The notes below the pieces were generated by a model. It was given only the letters and a program-made list of their open reading frames with translations. It did no database searches and was not told where the DNA came from. From a virus (taxonomy: Duplodnaviria; Caudoviricetes), in IMG/VR virus record IMGVR_UViG_3300025429_000009, positions 28,999 to 92,998 of that record: 64,000 nucleotides of DNA; one strand, written 5' to 3'. Shown here piece by piece: positions 57,916-64,000 of this stretch (positions are counted from its first letter, which is position 1; each line of letters begins with the position of its first letter). The translations under genes and the position numbers were made by a program.

Positions 57916-58119
57916 TTAAGAGTCCAAGTCTTCTTCGTCGTCGTCAGAACTTAGTATGTCTTCGACGATTCTCATTACGAGTTCTTCTTCATAAGTTAGA
58001 CGATCGCCACAACGAGGACAATACACACAACTGTATGTGTTTAAAGAACGTTTGACTATACCGTCTTCAATGATAGGAACGCTTTGTATGCGTTCAGTTA
58101 TGTGCTCAACGCAATCCAT
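57916..58119 (-). CDS. Zinc-ribbon protein
   Basis: GGAGGT RBS; CVYCPRCG. Confidence 0.6.
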   Translation of the reverse strand: MDCVEHITERIQSVPIIEDGIVKRSLNTYSCVYCPRCGDRLTYEEELVMRIVEDILSSDDDEEDLDS

Positions 58120-58120
58120 G

Positions 58121-58306
58121 TTACACCTCCTCTTTCTCTGGCATGTGGCAGTCACCATTCTCAATGAGTGCCGTAGCCATACGACCATAGTGTCCTTGTA
58201 GACTCCAGGCCATACCGTTATCGATGAGCTCTTGAAACAACTCTACGGTTTCTTCCCAACCAAGTTCATCCTGCTCATAAGCAATGATCTTACTAGTTAA
58301 ATCCAT
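58121..58306 (-). CDS. Small conserved phage protein
   Basis: IIAYEQ.EL...VELFQELID.G.AWSLQGHYGR.A..LIE.G. Confidence 0.75.
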   Translation of the reverse strand: MDLTSKIIAYEQDELGWEETVELFQELIDNGMAWSLQGHYGRMATALIENGDCHMPEKEEV

Positions 58307-58307
58307 G

Positions 58308-58697
58308 TTAGTTATCTTCCTTGTGCTTCATGCCGTACTCTTCTACGGCATATTTCTTAGCTTCTTCAATCAGCTCATTTGACATCTGAACAAACTCTTC
58401 AGGCGTCTGTGGCAATGACTTTTTAAAGTCATTACCAAATAAGATACCAATTGAGTCAACAATAGTAATCATGTTCTGTACCATCTCAGAGTTGGCCATG
58501 ATTGCATTAACTACTGTAGTCTTGAATGTATCTTGATTGATAAGAACTTCAAGCTCAACTGGTATCTCATTGGTAATTTGCATGCGATGCATCTCAAGCG
58601 TAGTTTGAACGTGCATCATTACCTTAGTTAATAACTCGAGTTGAGCTAACTGCTCTTTGATAATCTCGAGCTTTACTTCATCTGACATGTATTCCAT
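58308..58697 (-). CDS. Hypothetical protein
   Basis: AGGAG RBS. Confidence 0.7.
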   Translation of the reverse strand: MEYMSDEVKLEIIKEQLAQLELLTKVMMHVQTTLEMHRMQITNEIPVELEVLINQDTFKTTVVNAIMANSEMVQNMITIVDSIGILFGNDFKKSLPQTPEEFVQMSNELIEEAKKYAVEEYGMKHKEDN

Positions 58698-58709
58698 ATG
58701 TATCTCCTA

Positions 58710-59129
58710 TTACCAGATACGTCCCCTAGGATGCATCTTCATATAATTTGTTACTGTTTCTGGTTGCTCCGGGATTGGTGCACCAGGGTAATTGCTCAGC
58801 TGTTCAAGCACCCATTTTTCTGCGTTGAACTCATTGTTAGAATCATACATGATACTAGCAAGACCTAACAAGTTATCAAGAAATGATTTTGCAACCCATG
58901 ATGCCTTGAACTCACGCTTCAATAAAACTGTGTTAGCAACCTTAGAGCCGTTTACAGCTTTGCGTACCAACAGCACAGCGTTCTTATTGACAAGCCCGCC
59001 ATACCGTCCGTACTCAATAGTAAATGACAAGTTAATGTTAGCACACCATCTTGGATTTACCTTAGCTGTTGCTACTTGATTGTTAATTGAATCATCATAG
59101 CGTGTTGACCAATTCACCATCCTTGACAT
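58710..59129 (-). CDS. Hypothetical protein (paralog of 57217-57843)
   Basis: GGAGG RBS; AKSFL / WVLEQL. Confidence 0.7.
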   Translation of the reverse strand: MSRMVNWSTRYDDSINNQVATAKVNPRWCANINLSFTIEYGRYGGLVNKNAVLLVRKAVNGSKVANTVLLKREFKASWVAKSFLDNLLGLASIMYDSNNEFNAEKWVLEQLSNYPGAPIPEQPETVTNYMKMHPRGRIW

Positions 59130-59131
59130 AC

Positions 59132-59368
59132 TTATTCCTCCTTCTTACTAGGTATTGCCTTGTTCATTAGAATAGCATCGATATTATCTTCACCAACAAT
59201 GCCAGGCATATCATGACTAGCTACCTGAGTCATCTGTCCACCGTTTTCTTCAGCAAACTTACGAAGCATCTCTTCAAAGTACTGATTAAACAGTGGTACC
59301 TGACCTGGTTCATCAAAGTCAACTTCGATGGTCATTGTCCGTCCGTCAAATTTACCTGTGATATTCAT
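59132..59368 (-). CDS. Hypothetical protein
   Basis: GAGGAG RBS. Confidence 0.65.
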   Translation of the reverse strand: MNITGKFDGRTMTIEVDFDEPGQVPLFNQYFEEMLRKFAEENGGQMTQVASHDMPGIVGEDNIDAILMNKAIPSKKEE

Positions 59369-59370
59369 TA

Positions 59371-59706
59371 TTATTCCTCCTCATCTTGGCAATCGCAACC
59401 GGGTGCATGCCATGTTTTTTCTGCTAACTTTTCACCGTACAAGTGAACAGATATTGATTGGAGCTCAGTCATAAAGATACCAAGCAATTTCTTACCGATA
59501 TCAGATAGTTCTGAGATGCGCTCACCAACCATGCTAATTAAATCGGGATTGTTAACCTCATCCCAATTAGCACTTGCTTCATCAAGCCAAAAAATAATCT
59601 TGCTGAAGTCTAAAAATAGGTCTTTCATCACACCTAGCGTCTCGCCGTAGCGAATACGATCAGTTGACTCGGTACCTAATGCGGAAAAGAATTCATCCTG
59701 ATCCAT
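59371..59706 (-). CDS. Hypothetical protein
   Basis: AAGGGG RBS; C-terminal H..GCDC. Confidence 0.7.
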   Translation of the reverse strand: MDQDEFFSALGTESTDRIRYGETLGVMKDLFLDFSKIIFWLDEASANWDEVNNPDLISMVGERISELSDIGKKLLGIFMTELQSISVHLYGEKLAEKTWHAPGCDCQDEEE

Positions 59707-59729
59707 TGTTTTCCCCTTATATCTAGTGG

Positions 59730-60660
59730 GTGTACGGGCAGTTGTTACGTCATACCCAGGACGAATAGTTTGGTCTTCCTCAAAACCATTACAAAACGTT
59801 AACCAAAGTGCTGGTTACCCACACCAATACTAAGCAATTGGAAGCTCCCATCTATTCAGTAGGTTTCAGGTTACCTTCATACGCTTCCCCGTATGATGAG
59901 TCCGTGTTGCATCACATCGCGCATATGCTGTCCATGCAGACACAAGAGAGGGGGCAGTTTAAACACATACCCAGGTGCTGAGCGTCTTCACCAGTACACG
60001 CGCTCACTTGCACGATGGTTCCTCTACCTTCCTACCAACAAGATGGATTCTCTCGCTCCTCCGCGTGTGTTCTTTACGGCATCCACCATTTTCCGACATG
60101 AGCTTCCCCTCATGCTGAGATAGCAGTACGTTGCTAGCGGGTGGGTGCTTCGTCCAGCGCCACCATTGGACCGCGCCTATGCACACAACGAAGCATGCAT
60201 AGGCTCACCACGTTTTTAGTCGGTGGCCGTGACTATAAGGGGACAGGTTTAAGGAGAGCCTCCGTTCCTACATGAGCTTCCCCTCATGCTGAGTGTGTTA
60301 ACTTATAATCTCATAGGATCATATTCCGGTACATCATAAGTAACAACAGCTCCCGTACACACAACAAAGCATGTACGGGATCATCGATTAAGTCGATGAG
60401 ACTACCACGTTTTAGTCGGTGGCCGTGACTATAGTGGCCAGTTTTAAGTGTTCTTGGCAACCACTACACAAGCTTCCCCTTGTGCTGAGACTTTAATAGG
60501 TAGTATCTGTCTACCAGTACACAGTCCTATATACTGCAAGTACCATGTAAGCATGCGCCCTCTCTACATCATCGCAATAGGTATCCCTGCTTTTTAGGCG
60601 AGTCGAAAAACGCCGGATAGGGTTTAACGCCACCCTCCACCACGTCACACGAACAACACC
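59730..60660 (-). ncRNA. Array of structured RNA modules (GGGAAG-loop hairpins and H-type pseudoknots)
   Basis: About 1 kb with no credible ORF; four copies of a covarying 23-nt hairpin at 59878, 60097, 60271 and 60467; duplicated 28-29-nt pseudoknot at 60207 and 60404. Confidence 0.65.
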
Positions 60661-60701
60661 AAACAATAAATGCTTGGAGTTAGTTCGTAAGAGCTAAGAG
60701 A

Positions 60702-61019
60702 CTATAAGTCAAGCGCAGTACGGGCTGCCGCAATCATATTCTGATAAGAATCCATAGTGGTAGCATTAATGTTGACTTTATCAAATTGACCTGCCATGAA
60801 CTCAATAGTATCAATAAGTTCTGAGCCGACGCGCTGATAGGACTTAGACTTGAACTTAAAAACACTAGCCTTATCCTTGATATCATCAATCATGTTATCG
60901 AACTCGGTTACCATGTCGAGGAGACGGAGAGCAACCTCCCTCATCCCCTCGACATTGTCAAGCTCGTTGATCTGCTGACGGATGTCATCAGCCATCTTCT
61001 TTGAATCTTTATTAGTCAT
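60702..61019 (-). CDS. Hypothetical protein
   Basis: GAAAGG RBS before MTNKDS. Confidence 0.7.
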   Translation of the reverse strand: MTNKDSKKMADDIRQQINELDNVEGMREVALRLLDMVTEFDNMIDDIKDKASVFKFKSKSYQRVGSELIDTIEFMAGQFDKVNINATTMDSYQNMIAAARTALDL

Positions 61020-61032
61020 TGTATTACCTTTC

Positions 61033-61395
61033 TTACTTACGGTAGTGGTCCTGGTGACCACATGTTTCGGTTGTGCCCTCACAATAAGGGCTGTGGTTTT
61101 GGTGCATGGTAAATGGTTCACCAAGCACCTCAACTGACTCAGCCATGAACATGTCATAAAGCTGATTGAGCTTATCAGTAATGACCTTGACTCCGATTGG
61201 GAAGGCAATCGTAATCTCCTTCATGTCCGCCGGAGTACTGTTGGGATTGAGGAGCGTACGCATGACGTCCTTAAATGGCTCAAACAGCTCGCCAGTTTCT
61301 ACTGCCCAGTCCTTGATCTTCTCAAGGAATACAGCATGTGCGATACGAGCCTCAGCTGCATCGTCAAGAGTTACATCAAGTTCAAAGTTATCCAT
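61033..61395 (-). CDS. Hypothetical protein
   Basis: AAAGGA RBS; C-terminal H..H..YC.....CGH..H. Confidence 0.7.
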   Translation of the reverse strand: MDNFELDVTLDDAAEARIAHAVFLEKIKDWAVETGELFEPFKDVMRTLLNPNSTPADMKEITIAFPIGVKVITDKLNQLYDMFMAESVEVLGEPFTMHQNHSPYCEGTTETCGHQDHYRK

Positions 61396-61481
61396 TGGAC
61401 ATTCCTTTGTGGTTAGTGGTGCATCCCATTTGATACACCAACTGATGCCTGGGGGTCATTGCTGACCCCCAGACAAAAGTA

Positions 61482-62969
61482 TTAGTTGAACTGACCAAGC
61501 AAAGCCTGGCGAATGTAACCAGCAGGCTTGTTGATAAGCTTGCCACGCTTGAACATGGCAACGGCTTCTTCAACGCTAGGAACCATGATCATGCGGTGCT
61601 TCTTGAGAAGCTTGGCACACATGATAGCTAGCTGGTTGTTGAAGCCGCCGTAGTTGTTGTTGACGCAACCGTCAGAGATCCACACCATATCCTCGTTGAA
61701 TTTACGGTGACGGATACCCCAAGTGAGAGCAGTACCGTCGACGCCGTTACCGCCGCCGCCGATGTGACCGATCTCCTTGACACGCCAGCCACGGTTGGCA
61801 AGGATCCAGGCGTTGGGCTCGTCTTCGCCCACCTCGCTGTACGCAAGAATGAGTGAAGCAGGGCAAGCCTGGATGATATCGTTGAGATCCTGCTCGCTGA
61901 GGCTCATTGAGCCTGAGATGTCAACAATAACAACACCGCCCTTGGTCTTGACCTTGCGCGTAAAGATGCGACGACCTGGGTCAGTCAACATACGCGATGG
62001 GTTACCAAGGCGACGACCGACGTCAGACGAACGCTTCTTACGACGCATGTAGCCCTCGACCTCGACAGTCAATGGCAAGTCGTCAGCGATACGCAGAGGA
62101 CCGAAGCCACTGGCATCGTCAGGGAACTCGAAGAAATCATCGATGTCGTCAGTATCGAGAGGACTATTCTTGTTGTTTAACTGACCACGCTGGAGAGACT
62201 CATCGTCAATCTCACCATAGTTAGCAGCACGGTCGTCTTCGTCCTTGCGCTGCACAGCCTTGATGTCGTCAGGAGCGTAGTTACCGTTGGACAAGTACCC
62301 GACGACGTCATTGGCTGCGTACAACGCATGACGAAAGCCTGCAGGACCCATGACACCGTGACCGTAGTCGATAGGTGTAGTGCTACCTAAACGACGAGGG
62401 TTGTCACTGAAGTTGCTGTGAATGCGCTTGCTGAGCTTGCGCAACACCTTGGACCAGTCAGGGTTGACTGATCGTACACCAGCAGCGAACGAGTCGAAAG
62501 CCTTGGACTCTGCGTTAAGCAGCGTGAACTGCACAGCATCGTCCCACGCTTGTGGCGTGTTGGCAGTCGCAAGTCGTCGACCCTTGGTCTTCTCGGAACC
62601 GTCAACCTCTTCCTCCATGCCACGAGCAACAGCGAACTGCTCGGTCAATGCATTAACACGAGCATGCTCTGCAGCACGCAACAGATTGGGACTTAAGCTG
62701 TTGTTGTACTCCTTGGAGATCTGACCGTAGAACTCAGGGTCCATCGGTGAGATACGCGCACGAACGAGTTGGGTCAGCTGCACACGCTGGGAATGACTGT
62801 CCCCCCGAAGAGGGACAGTCATCACACCAGCGGTGAAGTCAACACCAACACCGAGGTCGCCGTGTGAGTCGACAACGTCCCATGAGATGGGCGTCTCGAC
62901 ATCGTCACGGAAACCGGTAACTACCCCGGGAAGAGGTAGGATTTCGTTGTTGTTGTTGACCTCGGACAT
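61482..62969 (-). CDS. VWA-domain protein (MoxR partner)
   Basis: MIDAS motif VDISGSM, GGGNG.DG, WISDG. Confidence 0.85.
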   Translation of the reverse strand: MSEVNNNNEILPLPGVVTGFRDDVETPISWDVVDSHGDLGVGVDFTAGVMTVPLRGDSHSQRVQLTQLVRARISPMDPEFYGQISKEYNNSLSPNLLRAAEHARVNALTEQFAVARGMEEEVDGSEKTKGRRLATANTPQAWDDAVQFTLLNAESKAFDSFAAGVRSVNPDWSKVLRKLSKRIHSNFSDNPRRLGSTTPIDYGHGVMGPAGFRHALYAANDVVGYLSNGNYAPDDIKAVQRKDEDDRAANYGEIDDESLQRGQLNNKNSPLDTDDIDDFFEFPDDASGFGPLRIADDLPLTVEVEGYMRRKKRSSDVGRRLGNPSRMLTDPGRRIFTRKVKTKGGVVIVDISGSMSLSEQDLNDIIQACPASLILAYSEVGEDEPNAWILANRGWRVKEIGHIGGGGNGVDGTALTWGIRHRKFNEDMVWISDGCVNNNYGGFNNQLAIMCAKLLKKHRMIMVPSVEEAVAMFKRGKLINKPAGYIRQALLGQFN

Positions 62970-63730
62970 TAGAGCGTCACCGCTGGGTCCAGGGTACCGA
63001 CCTGAAGCGCCGAGACGATCGAGTTGGCCAGCTTAACACCGAACACCATGGTAGCTGCACGCATTGGCGTGAAGTTGGGCGAACGACGCAAGGTCTCGAA
63101 GGCGTGGAACGCACGAAGCGAAGCACGACCATCAGCCTTACCAGCCACAACCATAGCAGCAAGCTGCTGGAGTTCTGGTGGCAACGCAGCGACCAAGGCA
63201 GCTGGGTGAGCAGCGTCAATCTTGATGGAAACAGGGAAGCGGTCCTTGAGAGCCTGAGGCAGCTCGTCAGGGTGCTCGATGTTGGACGTCATGATTGCCG
63301 AGAAGCCAGGCAACGGACGGTACATCTCACCGGTGAACGGGTGCATGTACGACGCAGAAGCCTCGCTGTCAAGGAAGGCAAGCAACGTAGCGAATACGTC
63401 ACCGCCTGCCTTGTCGATCTCGTCAACGACAAGACGACCACCCTGGATACCGTTACCATTCCAAGCGCGCAGAGCAGCACCAGGCGTGAACCCGAAACCA
63501 CCCTGCTCGTTAGGCAGGATAGCACCGGACACGTCGGCATTGGTCATGTCCTCGGTGCAGATTAGGCGGAACGCACCGCCTGCAACGTCACCGTGGTGCA
63601 TGGCCGAGTACGTCTTACCGATGCCGGGAGCACCGATAAGAAGCACGCGGTTGATGCCTGCTTCGATGACATCCTCGAAGTCGATCCAGCATTGTGGAAC
63701 GGGGATGCCGAGGTAAGTGGCTTCAGCCAT
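62969..63730 (-). CDS. MoxR/CobS-like AAA+ ATPase
   Basis: GAPGIGKT, VVDEIDKA, MTSN, ALKDRF, SLR. Confidence 0.9.
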   Translation of the reverse strand: MAEATYLGIPVPQCWIDFEDVIEAGINRVLLIGAPGIGKTYSAMHHGDVAGGAFRLICTEDMTNADVSGAILPNEQGGFGFTPGAALRAWNGNGIQGGRLVVDEIDKAGGDVFATLLAFLDSEASASYMHPFTGEMYRPLPGFSAIMTSNIEHPDELPQALKDRFPVSIKIDAAHPAALVAALPPELQQLAAMVVAGKADGRASLRAFHAFETLRRSPNFTPMRAATMVFGVKLANSIVSALQVGTLDPAVTL

Positions 63731-63793
63731 GTTAATCTCCTATGGGTTGTTAACGATGCATAGGTTGCACCGGGACACTGATTTGTGTACCAG

Positions 63794-63865
63794 CACTGCA
63801 TGTGGGACTCGAACCCACGTTTACCACTATATGAGTGGTCGCTCTACCCGTTGAGCTAATGCAGT
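63794..63865 (-). tRNA. Atypical tRNA-like gene with non-canonical anticodon loop (UCAUAUA)
   Basis: Minus strand: ACTGCAT/ATGCAGT acceptor, TAGCTCAACGGGTAGAGC D arm, ACCAC-TCATATA-GTGGT, GTGGG-TTCGAGT-CCCAC T arm. Confidence 0.75.
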
Positions 63866-64000
63866 CACCCCTACTTAGTTAGCAGGATTGAACCCGAAGG
63901 GTCGGGTGTTGTTTGACGCCTGGATAGTTACTTCACCCAGGCGCTTGTTGTGACGCACGCTGCACGTCTTGTAACCACGCTTACGTGCAACGGCACGCAC

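Noticed and set aside
59106-59129. NWSTRY near the N-terminus of an early gene as another RYA leader
   Set aside because: It is followed by D rather than A/S, lies in the opposite-strand early region, and its paralog (57843) lacks RY. Probably coincidental.
59893-60186. ORFs 59893-60123 (+) and 60004-60186 (-)
   Set aside because: No RBS, atypical composition, and they overlap the structured repeats.
59878-60489. CRISPR array interpretation of the 23-nt repeats, given a Cas4-like gene in the window
   Set aside because: Intervening segments are about 150-200 nt, uneven and partly repeated themselves. The repeats covary rather than being identical, and no cas operon is present.
1-64000. Prophage or host chromosome, integrase, reverse transcriptase/retron or DGR
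   Set aside because: No integrase, RT motifs or bacterial housekeeping operons were seen; all content fits a lytic phage genome segment.

Overview
This 64 kb window is part of a large lytic myovirus genome. Two WhiB genes, an Rpf-type muramidase, an MSMEG_6728-family glycosylase and a proteasome/HslV-type subunit point to an actinobacterial host; the host call is inference. The + strand (1-53.2 kb) runs in this order: contractile-tail baseplate genes; SNF2 helicase, Rpf and WhiB; three glycosyltransferases; two tRNAs; a full replication/recombination module (5'-3' exonuclease, DnaC-like loader, DnaB, DnaG, SSB, DnaE, RecA, two resolvases, Cas4-like nuclease); a sigma-like factor; and a block of putative head-packaged proteins around the large terminase. 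The - strand (53.2-64 kb) is an early-type region with small ORFs, a HicA-like gene, a second WhiB, a MoxR AAA+/VWA pair, an atypical tRNA and about 1 kb of non-coding structured RNA modules. Four observations stand out. (1) A shared N-terminal leader, [W/F/Y]-x-x-R-Y-[A/S], sits on otherwise unrelated proteins including an ADP-ribosyltransferase, a zincin protease and a DEDDh exonuclease, suggesting a capsid-targeting and effector-delivery system. (2) An array of covarying GGGAAG-loop hairpins is coupled to H-type pseudoknots in the early region. (3) A stand-alone LuxC-like acyl-CoA reductase has Ser at the expected catalytic Cys. (4) Virion proteins carry dense x-Ser-Gly motifs next to a GT2/GT4/GT17 cluster. 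All family assignments come from motif recognition by eye; no database searches were run.
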